Shown here one piece after another: positions 25,001 to 37,537 of a stretch of 51,040 nucleotides of DNA. Source of the stretch: Chlorokybus atmophyticus (taxonomy: Eukaryota; Plantae; Mesostigma and Chlorokybus algae); NCBI GenBank assembly GCA_009103225.1, contig RHPI01001202.1:1-51040 (forward strand), in the 5' to 3' direction. A program made the translations under genes and the position numbers. The notes under the pieces were generated by a model. That model was not told the origin of the DNA, did not search any database, and saw only the letters and a program-made list of their open reading frames with translations. Positions within the stretch are counted from its first letter, which is position 1. Each line of letters starts with the position of its first letter.

Positions 25001-28000
25001 TCTGCAAGTGCAGCACTGTTGGCAAGACAGTACAACCAAAATGAGACCAGTCTGCTTGTTCCTGCTCACCTTGAGGCGCCGCTCCAGATCCAGACGCCAT
25101 TGCACATCTGCCAGCTTTTGCTCCAGCTCGGCTTGTTTTGACAATAAACCTGTGACCTCGCGGGCCTCCATCTTAAGCTTCCGCAGCTGTCGCTTGGCCA
25201 ATTTGCCGCGCCAATGCGTCTGTAGCCGGATAGCGTCACGACGCTTGGCAAGGTACTTGCGTCGTTGCACGGAGCCACGATAATATGTCTACACATGTAA
25301 AGAAACATGAGTGAGCTTACGCGTGAAAATCGTATGCTTGGAAAAGTACAGCATAAACAAACAACAGCCCTTTGCAAAAAGCACGTGCCTGAATTTTGAG
25401 AGCTGCCGCATTGCGTTGCAGTTCCACAAACTGCCTGCGAGCAAGTTGGGCTCGTCGTGCGGACTGGATGGTAATAATGGCTGCCCGATGGCGCTGGTAG
25501 TCCCACATTGCCAACCACCGCCGCACGTATTTCTGTATCCTGATGGCAGCCATCTCCTGCCGCATGTGCTTGTATAAAAGCCGTGCCAGCAGACCTGTTG
25601 ACCAAACATGAGTGGTTGAGGAGAGTTGTGACCATGGGAACGTTGGAGTCTGCGCGCCATACAGAATGCTCAAGCCTGCAACCATGACATACCGCGTGCA
25701 TGCGCCTGAATGACCAGCGCGCTTTTGCAAATCTTCAGATACTTGCGGCGCACAATGAAGCGGCGCACGAACTTTTGAATTGTGGTGGCTGCTGAGTTGA
25801 GACGTTGCAACCTCAACTTGTCCAGAATCGCCATCTGGCCGGCTCTAAGGAAAACCTTTGTTCTGCCCAACTACAACACATTGCCATAGCCATGTCAGAC
25901 TGTGCGTTGCAACGATGTGATGGTACAAACAATCACCCACTGTCTGCAAGCACCTAGCAAGGCAAACAGTGTAATGCAACAGCTGCATGCTTAACCTGGT
26001 ATTGGTCGGTTTGCACATGTACAGCCTTCAACAACATGTCGGTGACTAACTTATCATCCAGGCTGCCACTGCAAAGCCGGATACAAGTGAGCAATACAGT
26101 CCGGTAAAGGCTTGCTGGGCATGTTTTATGGATGTCACTGGCCAGCCTGCATTGAGACATAACCCTGGAGTGCAATACTTACATGTCTTTTTGCTTCTGT
26201 TCAAGGAAATGCCGCCTGCAGAAACAAACACATGCCATGGTAAGCAGGTGAATAGGTAAGCAACATGCCAGTCACATCGACTTACCTAGCCATAACTTGC
26301 GGAGCGAGTAAACCAAACCGGTCAGTAAAATCTTGATATTCTCGGCGAGTGGGAAAGCCAGCACAACTGATGCGAATCGCCTCCAAAACGCCCTGCATAT
26401 GCAAGCTGACCATGACCACTGCTGCACGCTATGTGGCACTGCACAATGCTAGAGCTTTACAACACTTGACCTATCGCTGAACACGCACCCCGCATCGCAA
26501 CTGTTGCAACACATTTGCCCCTTCAAAAATTGTGGGCTTATTTACACCATTCGGCTTGATGCAGCGCACATAGTGTGGCTCGGTGGCGTTGAGAGTGTCC
26601 ATCAATGCCAGCAGTTGTTGCTGCAATGCATTTGCAGTAATCAGATTGCATGCTACACGCATTGCTGACAGTATGAACCCAGCAGGACATAACCAGCACC
26701 TTGAAACGGTTCCCAATGGATGAGAACCTGTAGGATGATCTTGACTTGCCATCATCAGCAGGCTGTGGAGGGAACAAGGCTTGTACAAAGGGATCCTGCG
26801 AGTTGCCTAACAACTGCTGATGTTCAGCAATGACGTAGTCCTTGTTCTTCTCCAAGAAGAACTCCGTATCATACAACACCTGGGGATAATGTTGCTCAAT
26901 ATAGGCGCAAACAAAGTTGCAGACCAAGTGATCATCACTGATGCAGTACAAGCACAGCATGCAAGCAACTGCAGTACCTCGCCAGCATAATGGTTTATGG
27001 CAAATGCTGTCTGTGACCGTTTGGGCTGGATGAAGCGCTTGTGGTTCGCAAAGGAGCTATACAGCTTATTTGCAAAAGTGACATGTGTGGACTTTGGGAA
27101 CATACTGCGCATGAAAGGGGATTCATGTTAGTTTCCGGGCAGTGTACTTTATTGCTGTACCCGACATAAAAGTTGTTGCCCAACTGCGAGGGCTTACCAA
27201 GCTTCATCCAACAAAGAAATAACTCCGAGGCCTTTCTGAAAACAAGAATGTTGTCAGATGGCTGTGAGCTGCATGCAACGCAACTGCAACGACTATATAG
27301 CGCAGCTCATGCAAAAGTAAGCATGTTTGCCACTTGCAAGTGCCCAAGGTGGGATGCAACAAACCTTTTCAATGAGATCCAACACGTCCTGGTTATCAAC
27401 GAAGTCAATGTAACTCCAATCAATAGCCTCCCGCTCATACTCTTCTTGCTCCATCTTGAAAACGTGTTGGTTGAAGTGCTGCTGCAGCCGTTCATTTGCC
27501 AGGTTGATGCAGAACTGTTCAAAACTGCTCCAACAGCACGAGTCAGCGGCGGGTACAACTGACTTGCACGATAAAGGGGGGCCGCGTGACTACCTGTTGA
27601 TTTTGAAACTCTCAAAACCATAGATATCCAGGACACCGATCATGGTCTTGGAATCAGGGTCTTCTCCAATGGAGGAGTTGATTCTGGCGACAAGCCTAGT
27701 GCATAATTGTGAGACTGTATTAGCGCAGCACAGACATCATCCTGATGTGCACTCATGCTAGTCAAATCCAGTTTGGGCAGAATTTGCATGCACCCTCACC
27801 AGTCAAACAACCGAGAATACAATGTCTTTGCCAGGGTGTCGCGCGTATCGGCCGCAGCCTTCACATCAAGTGGTTTAATGAATGTTTGCTCTAAGGTCAC
27901 AATCTGCCTCGTGAGCATGGCATCAGCGAGACCTTTGGGATCACACCTGGTCAGCACATGAACACAGTCAGCACCTCACAACCTTGCATCTCGCGCCATA

Positions 28001-29870
28001 ATACCTCGCGTGCAACATTTTCCCAATTGCGTTGATATTGCAATCTACCACGCTACCAGCGCAGGGATGCAGTCAACATTGCACTCACTGCAGCAGGTAG
28101 GCTGCAGTGCGCAGATGTCCTTCTGCCGTAGCATCCTTGAACTTGCTGCTCTCACCATCGGCGCTTGGCGCAAAATCAATATTTCCCAGATGCAGGACGG
28201 AAGCTACAATTCGGAACACCGCGTCCTGTTTAAGAACAATGCATGAGCACCTCAACACGGTAGGCAGCATAAAACAGCCATGCATCGCCTGCTGCGCTTC
28301 CTTGCCTGCTCCTCAATATTGATTCCCACGATTCCCATGGCCTTCTTTGTACGCTCAAACTCTTCAGCATTGCTGACACCTTGAAGCTCATAGCATGTGC
28401 TCTGGTTGAGGTAATGAAACTTCTCTGCTGGAGCCAGGACGTACCGCTCACGCTCCTGAACACAAATTTCGTTACAACAAGGAAAGCTTCTTACACGTTG
28501 GCATATGTTGCCACCAGCAACTGCAGTACATGCAGTGCTGACTCAGCTTACTTCAGCTGATGCGCCCGCACACAGCTGGTAGAAGACATGGTAGTTCCTC
28601 TCAGGATCAGTAATCTGTACAATGCGGGAGCGCTCCAAAAGGTAGGTGCGAATGGCAGCACCAGATATTCTGCCTTTCTGATCAAACTGGATCTCTACAA
28701 ACTTGCCAAAGCGACTGCACACACATGATAGTACTTAGTTCTCAGGCTGACTGCCTGCAGACGCATCGTCAATAAATCTTGCCTTGAGTTGTCGTTCCTG
28801 ATGGTCTTTGCATTCCCAAACGCCTCCAGCAATGGATTGGACTGAACCACATGAGTTGGTTGAGAAGTGGGTGGGGTGCAATGCAAGCAGGTTGCACAGC
28901 ACAGCATACGGAAGGTAAATACCTCAAGGACTTGTTGCTCGACAGCACGTCCGTCAGCACGCCCTCCCATATACGCCAGGTACTGCATGATTAGCTTTGT
29001 TGTCTCTGTCTTGCCAGCACCACTCTCCCCACTGACCAGGATACTCTGCGACTTTTTGTCCTGGAACATTTGCCTGAACACGAAACAAAAGCCATTGAGA
29101 CAGACAGACAAACATGCTGCAACTTCCAATCAGGACATTGCTGCTGTAAGCCTGCCAGTGTGACCACCAAGCAAGCATCACTGACAGTTGCCACACAAAC
29201 ATGCATTCGGGTATTGCAGTACCGGTACGCAGCATCAGCAACGGCAAAGACATGTGGACTCAGCTCGCCCAGAGGTACACCCTTGTACTGCTCCATCATG
29301 TGCACATTGTACAGATGTGGAAGGCGGCGGAAGGGATTGACAGCAATTAGTATGCTGCCTGTGTAAGTCTGCATGCGCAATTACATCAGCCATGCCCATA
29401 TAACATAGAGCATGAGCAAGGACTGAAACCACTGGGTTCAAGATGCATACGTGTACTTACATAAATCTCATCCAGGCCATAGCGCATTGCAAGATTGTGT
29501 AGCACTCCAGGTTCATGAAGATAGCTCAGCGTGGTCATGTCATCAACACCAGCACCCTTGAGAGCTTCCTGTGGTGGACACTCCGCCGTTGTGCGATCCA
29601 CCTGTGATGCACTGCGCTTTAGTAAAATGCATGCACACCAATGAGTAGTCTGCGGCATGTCTGGCAGATGTACAGGCAGTGCTGCAAACAAAAACGACAT
29701 GAACCCCAAAATACCAATCCAGCAGGCGTTTTGACGGTGAGCATCTCTTTATCAACCCGGATGACCTCCCCAGGCAGCCATCCCTCATTGCTCTCTCTGT
29801 TCTCAACCCAAACCTTCGTGCCGACCGCATGAACATGCTGTGCTTGTGCATCATTTCCAGATGATGGAGC
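22019..29870 (-). CDS. Class XI myosin (SH3-like N-terminus, motor, IQ motifs, coiled coil, DIL tail); start codon lies upstream of 29870 and was not resolved
   Basis: [125 protein letters not shown] repeats (IQKYVRRW), DIL domain [26 protein letters not shown] and [19 protein letters not shown]. Confidence 0.97.
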
Positions 29871-31275
29871 CTGAAGCAACCAGTAGTAAGCAAGCTATGT
29901 ACATGTGTCACACAAGAACTGCAAAATGCCCTGGCATCAATCACAGCAGATCAACGCATGGTTGAGGACAGGTGTGATATGTTACCGAATCTAAGGCCAA
30001 GCAATCACATGTTTGCCCTGTCATCATCCATGTGAACACTGAAGGCCACAGCATGGAGCAAAGACCAGATCAACAACCGCAGATTAGCAATTCAGCCGAA
30101 ACTGGAGATGAGGCGGTCAGGAAGCCAAAGGCCTCATGGTCATTGTCATCAACAACATCCAGTACTCACGCCATGAGCACTGGCGCCGCAACTAGCTTGC
30201 ACAACTGTGCCGTCCTCATATGATAAAGCCCAAAGGAACAGTTTGCAATGTTGCAGATTGTGCGCCACATATGTAACATCTACAATATGACAAAAACAAC
30301 CTGCTTCACACATAATTATACCTGCTGTCATGCATTGATAATATGTACCCATGCCAGCAATCAAACGTTTGGTGCAAGTTACACAGTGACGAATTAGTAA
30401 TCAAGCAGCACCCTCTACGTAACTGTTGCAATACTATGTTTCCTGTAGCTGACTACAACCAAAAATCTCAATTGGTGTTATTATTAGCGCATAGCGGCGA
30501 AACTAATCTTTGGTACCAATGTCTGCCGACGTACACAGAGCTCTATAGCTAGGCGGCATTGCAACACAGGATGTCCCAGACACCCTCAACTTTGAACACA
30601 GCATAGAGAACGTTAAACGACATCAGTCTCAAGCATGATTATTGCAATGCTCACCATGCTGATGACTGTGATTGCACAAACTGCCGCCTAACACAAAGCT
30701 GGAAGCTGCAGCTGTCACAAACGCCGTCGGCGACGGCGTAACCGATCAGCTAGCAGCCGCCTCATCTCCTCAGCGAAAGCGCACACGCAGCCAGTCAACA
30801 AACAAGCACTGCCCTTGCACCGTCGACATCAACGATGACAACCTCCTCGACAACATCGCCAACGACGCCAGATCCCGTAGCAGCCAAATGCGTGTGGCGC
30901 GAAATTAGGGCTTGGTTAGAAGACGGCGGTTAAAGCCTCAGCTGCCAACAGCCAAACCGGCTTTATAGCCCTGAATACAGCAGGCAGCCCGGTTATTTGA
31001 CCGCGATTCCGCGGTTGCAGGGATGCTTCGCCGCGTTTTACGCCACACCTGGCTTAACCGCCGACTTAACCAGGGTATTACGGTGTTTGTTGGCGCCATG
31101 CTGCATTGTATTGCCACGAGCCGTGGCCCACGGCAGCATCAACTGGTGGTGTCGGGTGCCAGCTGGCACTTAGGTGGAAGGGGCCAAGCTTCCGTCAAGA
31201 GAGGGTCGGAAGATGGCTTCGCGTGAGCTTTCGTTTCGTTACAGCTTGCTTCCCTGCTGTTAGGCTTGACTGAAT

Positions 31276-31284
31276 TTAGGGTTT
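31276..31284 (+). promoter_or_regulatory. Telo-box (TTAGGGTTT) in the SAC3A 5' region
   Basis: Motif lies in the GC-rich divergent region between myosin XI and SAC3A. Confidence 0.45.
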
Positions 31285-31824
31285 GGCCGTGGTGGCGGTG
31301 TCATCGTCGGCAGCGTGGGCGGCAGTGCTGACGGCGATCTAGGAGCAGCGGAAGGGACAGCGTTGCATGAGCGACAGACTGCAAAGTTTCTGTCAACTGA
31401 TAGCAGTGTAGTTGTTTGTATGGACTAATTTTCTGTGATCGTATGTGCTGTTGTCGGTTGGCAAGCGGACTGCCTTAATGCTTGGGGGGTTCCCTGTGCC
31501 AGCTTGCAAAGCTGGCTGAAGTATGCAGCAAGCTTATACCCAAGGTATGCTGACACAGGTGCACCTGATTGCAGTGCGTATGCCAGGACCTTGCTGCATT
31601 CTGCCAGGCCAACTTGCCTGGGCTGCATTGTACTGTTCGCTTATGTACTAGTAGTAGTAGTAAGAGTAGTAAGTAGTTGCGAATGTTTCTGCTTATTACT
31701 GCGGTATCAGACAATTATGGGTTCACAAACACACTGCACATCCTGCCTTGGAAGCCACCTAAGCTTGGTTGATTGTGCATGCCGACCTTGTGGTGCGCTC
31801 ATATTGGCAAGCAGCAGTAACATC

Positions 31825-34800
31825 ATGTGCAACGCAGACCCTAACACCTATCAGTGGAGCCAACCTAGTGCATATACTGGGTACACCGCGGGTGCTTATC
31901 CAACAGCTTGGCAGCCGCAGCAGCCAACGACAACAGCCGTTGAGGGTGCAGGTTATCAGTACAGTGCCGTCCCTGCTGATAACGCGCAATGGCAATATCC
32001 GCCGGTAGCTACCACCTATCAGGTATGCATCTGCGTCATTGAAGTCAATATTGTCAATCGTTTGGCATAACTGCTTTGCTGACCTTATAATCATGGCGTG
32101 ATGTCGTCTGCGCTGTCCAAGTCGTAGCGTGTTACGATGTTTATGTTCTTCTTTACAGGAACAGCAGCCACCTCCACCAGGTCAGGTTGACACTCAAGCC
32201 ACTGCTGAGGCGCCTCCTGGCCAAGAGCCACAGCCAGTTGCATCAACAAGCTATGCATACCCACCTGCTACAAATGGTTCGGTACCGCAGCCACAATACG
32301 CGTACCCTGGATATGGTCAGGACGGTGCACAGGCGTATTCTGGCACCTACTACTCTGAGTATCCGCCAAGCACTGGTGCAGCAGGATCAACAGCCAGCAA
32401 TTACAGCACTAGCACTTACACCACAGCAGATTCAACTCAGGACTATTCTGCTCAGTGGGCAGCATATTATGCCCAGCAAGCAGCTGCAGCAACACAGGCT
32501 GCCACAGTAAGTGCTAAGCAACCACAACTTGGGTATGCCAGCATGCTCGATGCTGCAACGGTGCCATACCTACTTACTCATACATGGCATTTGCTTGCTG
32601 TCCAGCAGCCAACCTCTGTAGCGGCATCATTGTCATCACAAGCACAAGCTGCGCCATGGCAAACTCAACCACAAGCCCCTATACAACCGCACTACCACAC
32701 CCAAGCACAGCAGCAGTACTGGACTGCGCCGCGACCACAAGCTACACCAGCAGTTCAGCCTGCAAAACCACAGCCACTTGCAAGATCACAGCCGCCTTTA
32801 CCTCCACCACTCCCCCATCAGCCCAAGTTTCAGATACAACCCAACCCAAGGTTTGCTGGTACAGGTGTATCGTATGCGTCTGCTGTGCGTGGTTCCTCAG
32901 CGCCAGCATACATCTCTGTTCCAGCGACTGCGGCCTCAGCCATTGCCACTGCTACGGCCGCAACCACCCCAACAGTCAAGGTACTTGCAATGCTGCTCTG
33001 CAGCTGAGGGATGCCTTGCGAAATGTGACACAACTGAAGCTCACTGCTTAAAGTTCACTGCTTATGATGCAGCCACCAGTCAGCGGCCAATGGCCGAAAA
33101 GTCTTCGAGCCTATGTTGAGCGCTCATTTGCTCAGGCGACAGATGATGTATCGCGAGCCGTTATTGAGAGCAAGTTGAAAGGGGTAAAGTTACAAGCTGT
33201 TTTGCACTTAATGCCAAATGTCTGTCTCATATTGCTTCACTATGTATGCAGATCATCACCAAGGCTTCAGTGGAAGGCGCGTTGTGGACTCGAGACTGGG
33301 ATGCGGAAGCATTGCCCTCGGTAAGTGAGTCACAAACAGATCAGGTTTTAATTGTTGCTGCGAGGAAAAGAAAAAGCCGGTGGTCAGCGAATGAAGAGCC
33401 AATTGCAAAGCAGCCGATTGCTACGAGACTTGGACCAACACCATCACTATCAGTTCATACCAGATTACCACAACGTCAGCGCAAGGCTGACATCGCGGCG
33501 GCAACTGCTACAACACCACCTCCAACTGCTGAGGAGCTGCAGGCAAGCACATGATACACTTGTCACACAGTATGTTTCTCAGGCACAGCAGGGTGGTTGA
33601 GTTGGTTGCTTGCAGCGGCGTAATCGCCGGACACAGCGCTTTGTGCTAGCTGGCAAGGAGAAAATCTCAGGAGGCGCAGGCACAAAAGCATGGAGTTCAG
33701 CACAGTGGCAAGCCAATGGACAGGCTGTTGAGGACATTAATTGGGAGTCCCGTAGCATCAAAGGCACCTGTCAAACGATTGAGAAGTCCTACTTTCGACT
33801 CACATCTGCACCCGACCCGTCTACAGTATGCACATGTGTTATCATGCGTTATCAAGCCAGGCGTGCACCGCATGTGCGTCACAAGGGCATTGTGTTGACA
33901 GTTGCCTGTTCTTCTCCTGCAGGTTCGGCCTCCAGATGTGTTACAGAAGGCAATGGATATGGTGCGCAACAGTGATCGCAACTACTTCTACACTAAGGAT
34001 CAAATGAAGAGTATACGGCAAGATTTGACGGTACAGCACATCAAGAGCAAGCTGACAACTGAGGCCTACGAGCTACATGCCCGTTTGGCGTTACAGAATG
34101 GCGATCTAGCTGAGTACAACCAGGTGCGGAAGCTCAGCTTGTGTTGGTTACCAATGCATGCACTCCAAAGCGACTGCATCCTGGTACTGAACCTCCTGTA
34201 TGCAGTGTCAAACTCAGCTGAATGCTTTGTATGAAGAGGGGCTGCCAGGCACGATCAGCGAGTTTTCTTCGTACCGTCTACTCTACTGTGTGTTCCATCA
34301 AGGCTCGTCCTTGGACCTGCTTGCTGCTTTGTCCAAGTTGACGGGCAAACTGCGGCAGGATCCTGCTGTGCAACATGCCTTGGCCGTGAGGGAAGCAGTG
34401 GCTGCCAACAATTACTGTGCGTTCTTTCGCTTGTATTCGCATGCACCTAACCTTAACGCGTCACTCATGGATGTGTACCTCGAGCGAGCACGTCTTGAGG
34501 CTTGCCAGTGCATTACACGCGCCTGTCGGCCCACCATCCCTGTAGAGTTCCTGGTCGATCAGTTAGGCTTCAAGCTCATTGAAGGGTCTGAAGGCGAGGA
34601 GCCAATAGAGGCGTGTGTGGAGTGGCTGCAGCAGCATGGAGCAATAACCATCTCACTTTCCGAGGGTGATGCTCTTGATTGCAAGGTATGTATGTCCCTT
34701 GACAGCGTTCAGCATGATGCATGCACTTGTAGGTGAGGATGGTTGTGGGTTTTGACATTGCTGCTCCGAACACAGCACTGACTGTTGTGTTGCAGGCAAG

Positions 34801-34894
34801 TACAGGTCAGTTGTTCATTCCTGTTGATGAGGATGCTGTGGCACATGGTGATGCCACGCTTGCGGTTGAAGATTTTCTTGCGCGCGTGACATAG
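31825..34894 (+). CDS. SAC3A: SAC3/GANP-family protein, SAC3A/LENG8/THP3 type (TREX-2-like), multi-exon; start uncertain
   Basis: Y/Q/P-rich N-terminus, WPKSLRAYVERSF, LW.RDWD.E.LP, IKGTCQ.IEK.YFRLTSAPDP.TVRP..VL.KA, NYFY.KDQ.KSIRQDLTVQHI, YE.HARLAL..GDL.EYNQCQTQL..LY and C-terminal EDAVAHGD..L.VEDFL-TAG. Confidence 0.92.
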
Positions 34895-35138
34895 TATTGC
34901 CTGTTCTTGTTCTTCTTGCCTGGGTGGCACCGGCATCAGTACTAAACAGGTTAAGCAGGTTGCGTTGGTAGGTTGCTCTGGCTAGCTGTGTACATCAATG
35001 TGCTGCATTGCCGTCGTGATTTGGGTGATGCTTGCTTCCATTTTTCCAAGCGACTTTGTAAAACGTGCGGCCTACCAGTGTTGTGTATCTGTCGGTCCAA
35101 TCACGTGTTGGTGTGCAAGTGATCGTCCTAAGCTGCAT

Positions 35139-35180
35139 ATGCGCCTGATCTGATTATGATGCATATCAGATCAGGTGCAT
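35139..35180. repeat. Inverted repeat, 16 bp arms (1 G-T)
   Basis: atgcgcctgatctgat-tatgatgcat-atcagatcaggtgcat. Confidence 0.9.
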
Positions 35181-35217
35181 GGTCTCAGGCGCCCCCCAAA
35201 TGTTTGCTCTTGCTTGG

Positions 35218-35274
35218 CACTAAGTAGTGTACATGCTCAACTTCAAGGAAGTTGAGCATGTACACTACTTGGTG
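35218..35274. repeat. Perfect 23 bp inverted repeat with 3 nt loop (extends to 27 bp with one G-T)
   Basis: aagtagtgtacatgctcaacttc-aag-gaagttgagcatgtacactactt (35222-35270). Confidence 0.95.
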
Positions 35275-35282
35275 ATCATGTG

Positions 35283-36700
35283 TTAGATTATGCAACTGAT
35301 GAGTCTGGTAGGCCCCTGCTGCGTACTAAGTATGCAATGTGCTGCATGTGGAAATGCGCGTAGCGCATGATACCTGGGTATATCGCTGTAGGCGGGTAGA
35401 TCCCTTTTGCTGTACAATCTTGTGCAGATCCCATCCCTCGTTTGGAACACGGCCAAGTCCAAAAAGGGAAGCATGGTCCCCTGCGCTTTCTGCGTAACAG
35501 GCAGGATGTGCGGCGGGTACAAGCAGCCTCCTGACACATGTGGAGCAGTATACACCACAACCGTGATGCAGGTGATGGCGTCATGCATGCTATGTATGGC
35601 TAACGGGGCAGGCGGATAGGATAGGAGTATTATGAATAATAGACTAAGTGCTAGCCCGGTGGTGAGTTAAATAAAGAGTGTTGCGTGCATGTCGGCGTGA
35701 TTGCTAGCACACCATACATGCGGACTTTGTGGCATACCCCTTTTGTACAGCAGGTTGTCAAAGTTTGGCACGTCCGCCGCGAACACATTGTCGATATAGC
35801 GCAGCACTCCGCGTGCCATCTTGGTCAGCAGCTGAATGTTGCCTTGCAACCTCAGTCGCTGCATGAAATGTCACAGCCACATGTTGCATCCTATGGTTGA
35901 ACACGTGTGTATAGTCACAAGCATAATGCAATGGTAGTGCATGATGACTATGCTCTAGCTGCATTGGTTGCAAACGAGCTACACCCGTATGCTTGTGGGC
36001 GGGGTTCCATACGCAGTATGGCCCTTGTGGGAGAGGCACCATACACAATAAGTGCAGCATATCTTCTTTGTACAGTACGCCATGGCCATCAGCGCCGAGC
36101 AGCGGTTGTGGTAGATATGCTGGGTTGGACACCGGTAGCACAAGGCCCCCCGATATCTGAATGGGAGCGCAGCACTCGCGTAGAGTAGCCCTTGCTGGTT
36201 GGTGTGGAGTGTGCAAGTTTCAGGCACGGTGGCGCTGACGGTCAAACGCTTGCATGTGAATGTAATATTGTGACGCTTGTGAGAGGAGCACCGTACATTG
36301 TATGCCATGCCCCATGCAGTTGTTGCAAGGTGGGTTTTATTTTTCCCGCAATAAGACTGCGATATACCGTTGCTGTCAAGAGAGACATATGATAAATGGA
36401 ATGTGTATCCAGCCGTAGTTTTTATATGTAGACTTGATAATGTTGCTGTTGCAGCACCTTTTGCGATGTCGGGCGTTGGGCTCACGCAGCAGAATGGGCT
36501 GAGAACTACGGTTGTGCTGATCATGATGCGGCGATTTATTGCAAGTGACCGCTGAGATATAAGATTGATTGCACACAAACTGAGCTTGCGAATCATAAAT
36601 ACATAAGCACACAAACGGACAATGAGCGAGCTTGATGCGGTAGCAAAGATATCGCATGTAGTACATCCAGATGGAAGGGAAGATTGCCCATAGCTGAAGT
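35283..36700 (-). mobile_element. Decayed Penelope-like retroelement, RT (element 2)
   Basis: RYIDN (35787-35801), GGCLYP, LPFLDL..TRDGICTRLYSKR..FPH thumb. Weak traces upstream of the DKA..FVC, FII and QAFD motifs, so the 5' limit is approximate. Confidence 0.75.
35544..35715. mobile_element. 172 bp non-autonomous insertion carrying the two-box core, 8 bp TSD, no TIR
   Basis: Flanks ACATGTGG (35536-43) and ACATGCGG (35716-23). Removing the insert and one TSD restores in-frame RT ...QSPHVSGGCLYP. Boxes at 35600-35608 and 35652-35663. Confidence 0.75.
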
Positions 36701-37351
36701 TATAATGGTCAAGTACGCCATACTCGCTGATGTGATACGGTGTGACACTCAAACCTACAAGCGGCCATAACAGGATACGCACATTTTGCCGACTGGTTTT
36801 AATTTAACACCATAACTTATGTTATTTACCAAATGTTATGCCAAAGACACCTCAACTAACAACATGAATGCATCGATAACATCAACACAAAATGATGACC
36901 TCGATGAAGCCGTAGTCGACACAATCCATTGCATGCATGTACTCAACATGCATGTTAAGTCAAAATATCAAGAAAAATCATTTTTAAACATGCCCCATTC
37001 GCAACATTGTACAAGATATGCAATGCGCTGATGTATACGTACATAAGAGTGCAACAATGCATACAACATAACAAAACATTGCATTGCATGTCACATACAT
37101 ACATACGGTATGTAATGCGTTGTACATCTTATGTACACTCACCTCTATCTACATATATGGTCATGCATGCCACCTTGCTCACTTTCTGCATATAATGCTT
37201 GGTTGCCTGACATTCACCCGATGTTATAAGGGTTTACGTTAAGTCTTAATGACTGTGACACTGTGCTTCGTAAGCCCTAGCGACTGCAATGCTAATAATT
37301 GGCGATGGGTTTGGGGTGTAGAGTCGCGGGTGGAGCGGGCGCTAGCACCAC

Positions 37352-37537
37352 GCTACACTATCCGTGCCATCTCCTTGCTACCCGTTGCATTTGCACGCAC
37401 GCACATATGATAGTGGCTAAGCTAGTTGGTTGGCTAACAAACTTCACCCCCCGGTCAAAACTGCTGGTTGTCGTTGTCATGTGCATGATTGACTCGCTGG
37501 TTGTTTGTGCATGTTACCTCGTATCGTATGCATCTTA
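37352..37537 (+). repeat. 5' direct terminal repeat (pseudo-LTR) of element 3
   Basis: Aligns with 42660-42831 through gctacactatcc, catctccttgctaccc, catttgcacgcacgcaca, acttcacccc.cggtca and ttgactcgctggttgtttgtgcatg. Confidence 0.9.

Noticed and set aside
35288-35330. YATDESGRPLLR on + resembling the GBP motif YGLDSAGQPLLR
   Set aside because: It is only 12 codons, with no flanking similarity or splice context, and it overlaps the PLE thumb on the other strand.
36370-36555. Plus-strand ORF (YDKWNVYP...MRRF) resembling an RT thumb
   Set aside because: The minus strand of the same region carries ordered RT N-terminal traces continuous with element 2, so the resemblance is probably coincidental.
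37038-37135. Degenerate inverted repeat gtacataaga...tcttatgtac
   Set aside because: Only about 10 bp is exact, within low-complexity CA/TG-rich sequence.
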